From assembly GCA_046331705.1 (NCBI GenBank), contig JAXLQJ010000033.1, forward strand, positions 1-64,000: a DNA stretch of 64,000 nucleotides, in the 5' to 3' direction. The first letter of the stretch is position 1; the number at the start of each line of letters is the position of its first letter. Below are positions 51,465 through 60,344 of this stretch, in pieces. The stretch comes from a bacterium (GTDB taxonomy: Bacteria > JADJOY01). A model generated the notes under the pieces. It was not told where the DNA came from. It made no database searches and saw only the letters and a program-made list of their open reading frames with translations. The position numbers and the translations under genes were made by a program.

Positions 51465-52937
51465 ATGCGCGTCCTCGCGCTCAACCCACCCGACGAGCTG
51501 AAGGTCGTTCTTCACCCCGCCGAGGACGGCTCGAAATTCCTCGAGCCGGACGACTACGGCCATTACCCGCCGCTCGGACTGCTCTATTTGCTCGGCCAGC
51601 TCGAGGCCACGACCCGCGGCCACGAGACGTTCTTCGCCGACTGCGTCGCCGAGCGGATCGGTCACGCGGATCTGGTGCGACGCGTGCTGGAGCCGACGCG
51701 CCCGGACCTGGTCGCGGTCACCAGCTTCACCATCAGCTTGCTCGACGTCATCGAGACCTGCCGCGCCATCAAGGCCTGGAACCCGCGCTGCTTCGTGGTG
51801 CTGGGCGGGCATCATCCGATCGCGTATCCGCGCGAGGCGGCGAGGCTCGAATGCGTCGACGCGATCGTGGTCGGCGAAGGCGAGCTCGCGTTCACGGCGC
51901 TCGTGGAGGCGCGCGCCCGCGGCGAGAGCATCGAGTCGATCGAGGGCGTCTACACGCGAGAGAGCATCGACCGCCACGAGCCGCCGGCGACCCGCGACAA
52001 GCGCTTCCTGGCGCACGTGAGCGTGAAACCGGCCTACGTCGAGGACCTCGACGCGCTCGCCTTCCCCGCGCGCCGCCACATCCGTCACATCGACTACCAC
52101 AGCGTGCTCGGCGTGACCCGCAAGATGGTCACGATGATCACCTCGCGCGGGTGCCCGTACCTCTGTACGTTCTGCGACGTGCCGATCAAGAGCTATCGCG
52201 AGCGGCACCCCGATCGCGTCGCCGAGGAAGCGCGCGAATCGCAACGCATGGGCTACGAGGAGATCCACTTCTACGACGATCTCTTCAACATCGACGAGCG
52301 GCGCGTGCACGAGATCTGCGACGCCCTCGATCGCGCCCAGGTCCACATGACGTGGAGCTTTCGGGGCCGCGTGATGCAGGCGTCCCGCGAGATGCTCGCC
52401 CGTGCGCAGCGTTCGGGCCTGCGGCAGGTATCGGTGGGCGTCGAGACCAGCACCGACGATGGCCTCGCCGCCCTCAAGAAGGCGACCAGCATCGAGCAGG
52501 TGGAATCGTTCTTCGCGTGGTGTCGCGAGCTCGGCATCGCGACCATCGCCGACTACATGATCGGCCTGCCCTTCGAGCGCACCGCCACCGACCTCGAGCG
52601 CTCGTTCGCGTTCGTGAAGAAGCTCGACCCCGATTACGTCCAGTTCTCGATCTGCACGCTCTATCCCCACACCGAGATGTACGAGCAGGCCGTGCGCCAA
52701 GGCATCGTGAAGCCCGGGCGCTGGGACGAGTTCGCGCAGCGCCCCGCGCGCGGCTTCGTGCCCGACCACTGGACCGAGTCCTTCACCGTGAAGGAGCTCG
52801 CGCGCTGGCAGCGGCGCATGTACAAGCGCTACTACTTCCGCCCGCGCTACGTGTGGCGCAGCCTGTTCCGCACCCGCTCGCTCTACGAGCTGGCGCAGAA
52901 GGCCTTCGGCGCCCTTCGCATCCTGCTCGCGACATGA
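51465..52937 (+). CDS. Cobalamin-binding radical SAM protein
   Basis: YPPLGLLYL, LGGHHP, VGEGE (B12 domain); TSRGCPYLCTFC (CxxxCxxC); FYDDLF, VGVET, YMIGLP, YPHT. Confidence 0.95.
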   Translation: MRVLALNPPDELKVVLHPAEDGSKFLEPDDYGHYPPLGLLYLLGQLEATTRGHETFFADCVAERIGHADLVRRVLEPTRPDLVAVTSFTISLLDVIETCRAIKAWNPRCFVVLGGHHPIAYPREAARLECVDAIVVGEGELAFTALVEARARGESIESIEGVYTRESIDRHEPPATRDKRFLAHVSVKPAYVEDLDALAFPARRHIRHIDYHSVLGVTRKMVTMITSRGCPYLCTFCDVPIKSYRERHPDRVAEEARESQRMGYEEIHFYDDLFNIDERRVHEICDALDRAQVHMTWSFRGRVMQASREMLARAQRSGLRQVSVGVETSTDDGLAALKKATSIEQVESFFAWCRELGIATIADYMIGLPFERTATDLERSFAFVKKLDPDYVQFSICTLYPHTEMYEQAVRQGIVKPGRWDEFAQRPARGFVPDHWTESFTVKELARWQRRMYKRYYFRPRYVWRSLFRTRSLYELAQKAFGALRILLAT

Positions 52938-54130
52938 CCGAAGCGGCGGTGGCGGCGCCGATCGGCCGTGTGCGCCGGGCGGCGATCGCGTTCGGCCTCG
53001 TCGCGTTTGGTTTCCTGGTGCTCAACCCGCTGCTGCGCATCGTGTGCTGCGTCGACGGGGTGGCGCTCGGGCTGATCGGCGCGATGGGGATCTGGGCCGC
53101 GGCCGTCGCCCATCTGCCAAGCGTGCGGCGCGCGGGCGATGGGCTCGGGCCGCTCGTCGACCGGCGCTGGCTCGCCGCCAGCGCGGCGACCATCGCGGTG
53201 TTCCTGCTCCTCGACGTGTTCCTGCGATTCGAGTTCCTGCTGCTCGGCCTCGTGCTCTTGCTCGCGTTGCTGCACTTGATCGGCGCGGTGGCGACGCTCG
53301 GCGCTGCCGGCGCTCGACCGTGGCGCGGGCCGGGACCGGGCTTGCGCGCACTCGGGCTCGTGGCCGCGCTCCTGGTCGTCACCTACGTCTCGGTCACGAA
53401 GCTCTCCGCTCTCGGCGCGTACCAGCTCGTCGGGCTCACCAGCGGGGGCGGCCCGTACCAGCTCTCGCCGTCGCCGCGCGCCGGAATCGGCCCTGCCGGC
53501 TTTCGCGGCTCGGCACCGACACGGACGCGAAGCGAGGGTGTGGCGCGCGTCGCCGTCGTCGGCGACTCGGCGACCTACGGTTGGCTGGTCTCCGCCTCCG
53601 AGGCGTTCCCGGAGCTGCTCGCGCGCGAGCTGGCGCTACGCAGCGGGGGCCACGCGGTGGAGGTCCTCAACGCCGGCGTGCCGGGCTACGACCTGCCGCG
53701 AATGATCGAGCGCTTGCGCAGCCACGTGGCGCCCTACCACCCGGACCTCGTCGTGCTCGTCACCGGCGCCAACGATCGCGACATGGTCGGCGCGCCGTAC
53801 CAGGCGCGGCTGGATTCGTTCGTGGACGCCGCGCAGGCACTCGGCGCGCGGGTCGTGCTCACGACCTATCCCACCCGGCGACCCACCGCCGACCGGCTCG
53901 CGCGCGAGCGTGACGCGCGCGAGGTCGCCAAGCGCCGCGGCCTGCGCTGCGTCGATCTGGCGACACTCTCCCGCAGCATCCCGCGCTCGTTCTTCCTTAC
54001 CGAGGGTCATCCGAGCGCGAGCGGACATCGGGCGATGGCCGCGGTCCTCGCCGGCGCCCTCGATCCGCTGCTGGCCGGGGACCAGCCGCGCCGCGGGCCC
54101 CCCGATCCACGGTCACCCGCGCCACGGTAG
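52934..54130 (+). CDS. Membrane-anchored SGNH/GDSL hydrolase
   Basis: ATGA overlap with radical SAM stop; about five N-terminal TMs; VGDSATYG, NAGVPGY, GAND, EGHPSASGH. Confidence 0.85.
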   Translation: MTEAAVAAPIGRVRRAAIAFGLVAFGFLVLNPLLRIVCCVDGVALGLIGAMGIWAAAVAHLPSVRRAGDGLGPLVDRRWLAASAATIAVFLLLDVFLRFEFLLLGLVLLLALLHLIGAVATLGAAGARPWRGPGPGLRALGLVAALLVVTYVSVTKLSALGAYQLVGLTSGGGPYQLSPSPRAGIGPAGFRGSAPTRTRSEGVARVAVVGDSATYGWLVSASEAFPELLARELALRSGGHAVEVLNAGVPGYDLPRMIERLRSHVAPYHPDLVVLVTGANDRDMVGAPYQARLDSFVDAAQALGARVVLTTYPTRRPTADRLARERDAREVAKRRGLRCVDLATLSRSIPRSFFLTEGHPSASGHRAMAAVLAGALDPLLAGDQPRRGPPDPRSPAPR

Positions 54131-54189
54131 AATCCGCGCGCTCGCGCGGCCGGCGTTCACGCGGATCGGCGCGGCTCGAGAGGAGCCCG

Positions 54190-56334
54190 ATGAACCGACG
54201 TCGATCGACCCGCGGCCGCGCAGCGCCGGCGGCGGCCACGATGCTCGCGAGCGCGCTCGCCGTGGCGGCCGCAGGTTGCGGCGGCGGCCCGATCACCAAT
54301 GGCGGCGGCTCGGGCAACGGCGGGCCCGACGAGCTCGGCCCTGCCGCCACCATCCTGTTTCCGCCCGCCGTGTCCCTCACCGATGCGCGCACGATCGCCG
54401 TGCGCGGCACCACCACGCATACCGGCATCGTCGAGTCGGTGCGCGTGAACGGCGTGCGCGCGGCGAGCGACGATCAGTTCCAGACGTGGACCGCGAACCT
54501 GGCGCTCGACGCCGGCAGCAACGCGCTCACCGTCAGCACCCGCGATCTCAAAGGCTTCGAGAACCGCAGCGCCGCCAGCGCCGCCATTCGTTCGATCGCG
54601 ATCCTCTCGGCCCCGGCCTACGCGGCGCTCGACCCCGAGCGCGACCTGCTCTACGTGTCCGATCGCGGACGCGGCGCCGTGACGTCGATCGACCTCGCCA
54701 CCGGCGCGATGCGCTACGTGAGCGCCGACGGAGTCGGTGGCGGCCTGCCGCTCGGCGCTCCCGGTGGGATCGCGCTCGACGCCGCCGCGGGGCGGCTCTT
54801 GGTGATCGATCGCGCGCTGCCGGGAGTGCTCGCGATCGACCCGTTCACCGGCACGCGCTCGATCTTCTCCGACATCGCGGTTGGCGCGGGACCGGTGCTC
54901 ACCAGCCCCGGCGATCTCGAGGTCGACGCAGCGCGCGATCGCGTCCTGGTCTCCGATGCGGATCTCGAAGCGCTGGTGACCATCGATCGGACGAGCGGCG
55001 ATCGCAACGTCGTGAGCGGCGCCGAGGTCGGCACGGGACCCACACTCGCTGCCGCCGGCGCGGTGGCGATCGACGCCGAGCGCAACCGCGCGTTCGTGGC
55101 GAGCGACGTCGCGGACGCGGCGGTGGTGATCGCCGTGGACCTCACGACTGGCGAGCGCTCGCTCTACGCCGGCGGCTTCGCAGCCATCGACGGCCTCGCC
55201 GTCGACCCTGCTCGCAACCTGCTCTACCTGAGCGATCCGAGTGCCCCGAACCTGCTCGTCTTCGACCTCGCCACCGGCGCGCGCAGCGATTTCTCGGGCC
55301 CGCGGCGCGGCAGCGGCGTTCCGCTGGCGCGGCCCGCCGGTCTCGAGGTGGACGCGGAGCGCGACCGCGTGCTCGTGGTCGAGGAGTCGGCGCTGGTGCT
55401 GGCGGTGGATCGCCCCAGCGGTGACCGCACGCTCGCGTCCACCGACGCGACCGGCGAAGGCCCCGTCCTCGGTCTCGCCACCGCAATCGCCGTCCAGCCG
55501 AGCGAGGATCGCGCGCTGATCGCGAGCGCTGCACCGGCCGCGCTGCTGGCGGTGGACCTCGCGAGCGGCGACCGCACCAGCCTGAGCGACGCGAGCGCCT
55601 CGTCCGGCCCGGCCTTGGCGCAGCCGCTGGCGGTGGCCCTCGACCAAGCGGACGACGCGGCCGCTGCGGCCTACGTCGCGGACGCTTCGCTCGCGGCGCT
55701 GGTGCACATCGATCTCGCGAGCCTCGCACGCACGATCGTCTCCGATGCGGCGACCGGCGGCGGACCCGCGATCGCGGCGCCCGCGGGCGTGGCGATCGAC
55801 GGCAGGGCTCGCCGTGCCTACCTCACCGATGGCGACGCCCGCGCCGTGATCGCCGTGGACCTGAATACCGGCGACCGGGTGGTCGTGTCGGCAGCGGACA
55901 CCGGCGTGGGGCCCGCGTTCGAGTCCCCGCGAGGGCTCGCGTACGACGCGAGCGAGACGCGGCTGCTGGTGACCGATTCCGCGCTCGGCGCGGTGCTGGC
56001 GGTGAATCCCACGACGGGCGAGCGGCGGGTGATCGCCAGCGCCGAGGTCGGCGGCGGTGCCGAGCTCGCGCCGCGAGCCATCGCGCTGGGAACCGAGCCC
56101 AGCCGCGCGTGGCTCGTGAACACCACGCGTCGCGAGGTGCTGTCGCTCGATCTCGCGAGCGGCGACCGCGCGGTGGTTGCGTCCGGGGACGTCGGCACCG
56201 GGCCCGGCTTCGAGGCGCCGCTCGGGATCGCCGTGGACGCCACGCGCGGCACGCTCCTCGTCGCCGACCCGAACGCGCACGCGACGTTCGTCGTCTCGCC
56301 CGACACGGGCGAGCGCGTGATCGGATCGCGCTGA
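54190..56334 (+). CDS. Lipoprotein with Ig-like domain and 12 NHL-like repeats (double beta-propeller)
   Basis: AGGAG RBS; lipobox VAAAG-C; VRGT..VRVNG..W...L.L..GSN.LTV Ig-like domain; 12 repeats ending in (A/S)(V/I)DL..G.R. Confidence 0.82.
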   Translation: MNRRRSTRGRAAPAAATMLASALAVAAAGCGGGPITNGGGSGNGGPDELGPAATILFPPAVSLTDARTIAVRGTTTHTGIVESVRVNGVRAASDDQFQTWTANLALDAGSNALTVSTRDLKGFENRSAASAAIRSIAILSAPAYAALDPERDLLYVSDRGRGAVTSIDLATGAMRYVSADGVGGGLPLGAPGGIALDAAAGRLLVIDRALPGVLAIDPFTGTRSIFSDIAVGAGPVLTSPGDLEVDAARDRVLVSDADLEALVTIDRTSGDRNVVSGAEVGTGPTLAAAGAVAIDAERNRAFVASDVADAAVVIAVDLTTGERSLYAGGFAAIDGLAVDPARNLLYLSDPSAPNLLVFDLATGARSDFSGPRRGSGVPLARPAGLEVDAERDRVLVVEESALVLAVDRPSGDRTLASTDATGEGPVLGLATAIAVQPSEDRALIASAAPAALLAVDLASGDRTSLSDASASSGPALAQPLAVALDQADDAAAAAYVADASLAALVHIDLASLARTIVSDAATGGGPAIAAPAGVAIDGRARRAYLTDGDARAVIAVDLNTGDRVVVSAADTGVGPAFESPRGLAYDASETRLLVTDSALGAVLAVNPTTGERRVIASAEVGGGAELAPRAIALGTEPSRAWLVNTTRREVLSLDLASGDRAVVASGDVGTGPGFEAPLGIAVDATRGTLLVADPNAHATFVVSPDTGERVIGSR

Positions 56335-56400
56335 GCGTTCGGCCGTGCGCCACACCCGAACGAGCGACGGACAGCAGGCAACGCCAGCGGAGTCCGAACG

Positions 56401-56979
56401 ATGACGGCAGCCATCAGGAAGCGCCCCCCGCCGCTCGTACGCCACGCCGCGTGGAGCGCGGCACTCGTGCTCGCCGGCCTGCTTCGAGGAGGAACCATGG
56501 CCAGGAGTGACTCGCTGACGCTCTCCACCTCCGCGTTCCGAACCGGTCAACCGATTCCCGCCGAGCACTCGTGTCAGGGCGCGGATCGCTCCCCCGCGCT
56601 GACGTGGAGCGGCGAGGTGAACGGTGTGAAGAGCTGGGCGCTGATCGTCGACGATCCCGACGCGCCAGGCGGCACGTTCGTCCACTGGTTGATCTACGAC
56701 CTCCCGCCGGCCGCTCGCTCGCTGCCGGCGTCCGTGCCCGCCGGCGACACCGTCGCGGGAGGCGGCCGCCAGGGGCGCAACGGCTTCGGGACCGTCGGCT
56801 ACCGCGGCCCCTGCCCACCCCGCGGACACGGGCCCCACCGCTACGTGTTCACGCTGTCGGCGCTCGACGTCGCGAGCCTCGGGCTGCCGGCCGGTGCGAG
56901 CCGAGCCCAGCTCGACGCCGCGATGCGGGGCCACGCCCTCGCCACCGCGACCTACACCGGCACGTTCGAGCGGAAGTGA
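56401..56979 (+). CDS. YbhB/YbcL (PEBP/Raf kinase inhibitor-like) protein
   Basis: SPALTW, DDPDAPGGTFVHW, GYRGPCPP, HRYVF; alternative start 56497. Confidence 0.93.
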   Translation: MTAAIRKRPPPLVRHAAWSAALVLAGLLRGGTMARSDSLTLSTSAFRTGQPIPAEHSCQGADRSPALTWSGEVNGVKSWALIVDDPDAPGGTFVHWLIYDLPPAARSLPASVPAGDTVAGGGRQGRNGFGTVGYRGPCPPRGHGPHRYVFTLSALDVASLGLPAGASRAQLDAAMRGHALATATYTGTFERK

Positions 56980-57131
56980 CGACACGCCCGCGGTCCTGAA
57001 CTGACATCCCCACGGATTCCCGTCCGGCATTAGGACGCTCGACCCGTTCGGGAAAACTGTCTAGAGTCCACATATCCAAATGTGCCCTCGACTTGCAGGC
57101 GTCCGGCTGCGCCTCGAGTAGTTCTCGGCCT

Positions 57132-60100
57132 ATGAGCGATCTTCTTCCCGGCACCGAAGTCGAGGCCCGCGGGCTGCGCTGGGAGGTCGTGTTCAGCCAG
57201 GCGGCCGGTCAGCAGACCCTCTACCGTCTGCGTGGCCTCGAAGGTGCCGTTCGCGGGCGCGAGCTCGATTTGCTGGCGCCGTTCGAGGAGATCCGTCCCA
57301 AGAACCGCGGGTTCGAGCCTGAGCGCGCTGCGCCACTCGCCCACTGGCTCGTCTACCACCGCGCGTTCCTGCTCGAGCAGGCCCTCGGCCCGCACTCGCT
57401 CTTGGCGGTCCAGCCGGGGCGCCTCCGGGTGGAGCCCTACCAGCTCGTCCCGGTGTTGCGCGCGCTCCGCATGAGCCGACCGCGGCTCTTGCTCGCGGAT
57501 GCGGTCGGACTCGGCAAGACCATCCAGGCCGGCCTGGTTCTCACCGAGCTCATGGCCCGGCGGCTGGCCCACCGCGTCCTCATCGTCTCGCCGGCCGGTC
57601 CCCTTCTCCAGCAATGGATCACCGAGATGCTCGATCGATTCGGGCTGCGCCTCGACGAGATTGATCGGGCACGACTCGAGGAGATCCGGCGCGGCCACGA
57701 GCTCGGTGCCAACCCGTTCGATCACGTGCACCTTGGCATCGCCTCGATCGACTTCCTGAAGCAGGAGAAGGTCCTGACTCTCCTCGATCGCGACCACGCG
57801 CCGTTCGATGTGGTCATCATCGACGAAGCCCACCACTGCTTCGATCTCTCTGGCGCGCTCGAGCGCTCAGAGGACACCCAGCGCCGCCGCCTCGCGGAGG
57901 TGCTCGCCCGGCAGTGCGACTCGATGTTGCTGCTCACGGCGACGCCGCACGACGGAAACGACCGTTCGTTCGCATCGCTCTGCGAGCTTCTCGACCCTTC
58001 CCTCGTGGACGGTCGCGGCGAGCTTCGTGGCCAAGCCTACCGGGGCCACGTCATCCGCCGACTCAAGCGGCACATCAAGGACAAGGACGGAACGGACCGC
58101 TTCCGTGAGCGGAAGGTGGATCCGCGCCCGGTGGTCCCCGAGTCGCCACGCCACGACGCCTTCCTGGCCATGCACCGCAGCCTTCTCGCCCTCGTCGCCC
58201 CCGAGCTGCGCCGCGCATTTGGCGCCAAGCGCTACAGCGACGTGCTCGCGTTCATCGCGCTCTTGAAGCGCAGCGTGTCGACCGTAGCCGCGTGTGGCGC
58301 GACCTTGGAAGCCGTTAGCGATCGTTTCAGCGCAGCACTCACGGAAGGTGCCGAGAGCCAGGAAGCACGTTCCCAGCGCCGCAAGTCGCTCCGCGAGTAC
58401 GCGCGCAGCCTCGATCGATTCGGCGTGCTCGGTGCCGAGGCCGAAACCGATGTGCATCGACTCGAGGCCGAGGAGGTGGCTCAGCGGCTCGCCGAGCTCG
58501 AGCGCGACCACCGCACCGGGGCGCGCGACGTCAAACGGATCGCGTCGGTCGTCGACTCGCTCGCTGAGCTGCGCGACCTGGCAACCGACGCTGCTGCCCG
58601 CGATCCCAAGCTCGAGCAGCTCGTCGCCGAGATCCGCAACATCCGTGCGGTCGAACCCGGTGCGAACGTACTCGTCTATTCCGAGTACGTGGACAGCCAG
58701 CGGGTGGCCGCACGCACCATCGCCGAGGCCGGTCTGGGCGAAGTCCTCACCATGAGCGGCGAGGACGACAACCCCTCCCGCCAGGCCACCACCGAGCGGT
58801 TCCGGCTGCACGATGGTTTGGTGCTGGTGAGCACCGACGCAGCCGCCGAAGGCCTCAATCTTCACCAGCGGTGCCACCACCTGATCCACCTCGAGCTGCC
58901 GTTCAATCCAAACCGTCTCGAGCAACGCAACGGCCGCATCGACCGCTACGGCCAAACCCGCGATCCGATCGTCCGCTACCTCTACTTACGCGGCACCTTC
59001 GAGGAGCGGATCCTGCTCAAGCTCATCGCCAAGTACGAACGGCAGCGCAAGCGCCTCACGTTTGTCCCCAACACCCTGGGCCTCGCGACATCCACCGATG
59101 CGGGCGCCGCTCGCTTGCTCAAGGGGCTGATGGCTGAGGAGACCCAGCTCTTCCGCGACACCAGCCCTGCCGTCGAGTTCTTCGCGGCGGACGAGCCAGA
59201 AGCGTCGAACGAGGCCACTCAAGAGCTGCTCGAAGAGATCGATCGGAGCCTCCGATCCTTCGAGGATGCGGCCCGTACCCACACCTGGCTTGGCGACGCC
59301 GGCCTCAATGCCGAGGCGCAGCTCGCCACGGAAGCCGACCAGGCCCTTCGCTCGGGTACCGACCTCGCTCACGTCGACCTTCCACGTTTCGTGGTCGACG
59401 CCTGCGTTGCGGACGGCGGCGAGGTCCAGGGCGCTCTGACTGACCAGACGTTCGAGGTCCGGCTTCCACCGAGCTGGCTCGGTCCGGTGGAGGACTTGCC
59501 AGGTTGGGACGCCGCGACCCGCAGTCTCTGCCTCACCACCCACCTCGACGTCATTCACGATCCGCAGAATCGCCCTGCTGGATACCTGGGCCGTGCTCAT
59601 CCTCTCGTGCGCCGCGCGCTCGATCGAGTGCGCAACCTCTCGTTTGGACAATCCGCCGCGAAGGGCGAGGACCCGCGTGTGAGTGCCATCGCGGCACCGG
59701 TGCCGACCGAACGGCTCCTACTCACCTATCTCGCCCGTGTGTCCTCTCCCGCCGGCCGTGAGCTGGAACGTGTGCTGGCGGTCGAAGTGAGCCGCGCGGA
59801 CGACGGAACGGTGGTCCACGCCAGCGCGGACTCGTGGCTGGGTCTGATCAAGTCCGGCCGGGCGGTCTCGACTCGAGACTTGTGGAAGACACGCTTCGCG
59901 ACTTGGGCCGAACCGCGCTCGCCGAACGCATTGTCCGCCGCAACCGCGGCCTTCGAGCCCATCGCCCGCGCGTTCTGCGACGAGCGGCGAAAGGCGATCG
60001 TCACCGAGATCGAGGACCTCGATCGCTGGCTCCGGCAGCGATCCGCGGACATCACCCAGGAGTACCGGCCGACCCAGCAGCAACTGGATCTGACTGCCGG

Positions 60101-60332
60101 TACCACGGCGACCCAGCCTGAAGCGGCGCCCACCTGGGCCTCGCTCTCGGACCCCATCGAGCGACTCGCCGGCTTCGCGAAGGATCGAGAGCAGCCAGCG
60201 AAGAAGCGCAGTGAGGCGCAAGGCGTATTGACGCTATATGCGAAGCGCCGCGCGGACCTGGGCACGCGGCTCGGAACGTTGCCGCCCGAAATCGTCCCGC
60301 TCGGGCTCCTCATGATTGTCCCAGCTTCCTGA
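57132..60332 (+). CDS. SNF2-family helicase, DISARM DrmD-like
   Basis: EPYQLVPV, LLADAVGLGKT, IIDEAHH, LTATPH, STDAAAEGLNL, NPNRLEQRNGRIDRYGQ, HPLV; followed by an N6-MTase. Confidence 0.88.
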   Translation: MSDLLPGTEVEARGLRWEVVFSQAAGQQTLYRLRGLEGAVRGRELDLLAPFEEIRPKNRGFEPERAAPLAHWLVYHRAFLLEQALGPHSLLAVQPGRLRVEPYQLVPVLRALRMSRPRLLLADAVGLGKTIQAGLVLTELMARRLAHRVLIVSPAGPLLQQWITEMLDRFGLRLDEIDRARLEEIRRGHELGANPFDHVHLGIASIDFLKQEKVLTLLDRDHAPFDVVIIDEAHHCFDLSGALERSEDTQRRRLAEVLARQCDSMLLLTATPHDGNDRSFASLCELLDPSLVDGRGELRGQAYRGHVIRRLKRHIKDKDGTDRFRERKVDPRPVVPESPRHDAFLAMHRSLLALVAPELRRAFGAKRYSDVLAFIALLKRSVSTVAACGATLEAVSDRFSAALTEGAESQEARSQRRKSLREYARSLDRFGVLGAEAETDVHRLEAEEVAQRLAELERDHRTGARDVKRIASVVDSLAELRDLATDAAARDPKLEQLVAEIRNIRAVEPGANVLVYSEYVDSQRVAARTIAEAGLGEVLTMSGEDDNPSRQATTERFRLHDGLVLVSTDAAAEGLNLHQRCHHLIHLELPFNPNRLEQRNGRIDRYGQTRDPIVRYLYLRGTFEERILLKLIAKYERQRKRLTFVPNTLGLATSTDAGAARLLKGLMAEETQLFRDTSPAVEFFAADEPEASNEATQELLEEIDRSLRSFEDAARTHTWLGDAGLNAEAQLATEADQALRSGTDLAHVDLPRFVVDACVADGGEVQGALTDQTFEVRLPPSWLGPVEDLPGWDAATRSLCLTTHLDVIHDPQNRPAGYLGRAHPLVRRALDRVRNLSFGQSAAKGEDPRVSAIAAPVPTERLLLTYLARVSSPAGRELERVLAVEVSRADDGTVVHASADSWLGLIKSGRAVSTRDLWKTRFATWAEPRSPNALSAATAAFEPIARAFCDERRKAIVTEIEDLDRWLRQRSADITQEYRPTQQQLDLTAGTTATQPEAAPTWASLSDPIERLAGFAKDREQPAKKRSEAQGVLTLYAKRRADLGTRLGTLPPEIVPLGLLMIVPAS

Positions 60333-60344
60333 CCGAGACCTCCC

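Noticed and set aside
51465-52937. RiPP cluster or specific hopanoid methylase (hpnP/hpnR) call
   Set aside because: No precursor peptide, SPASM domain or hopanoid genes in the window; subfamily cannot be assigned by eye
54600-56330. Periodic DNA similarity suggesting a CRISPR array or tandem repeat
   Set aside because: Degenerate in-frame protein repeats, not identical repeats with unique spacers
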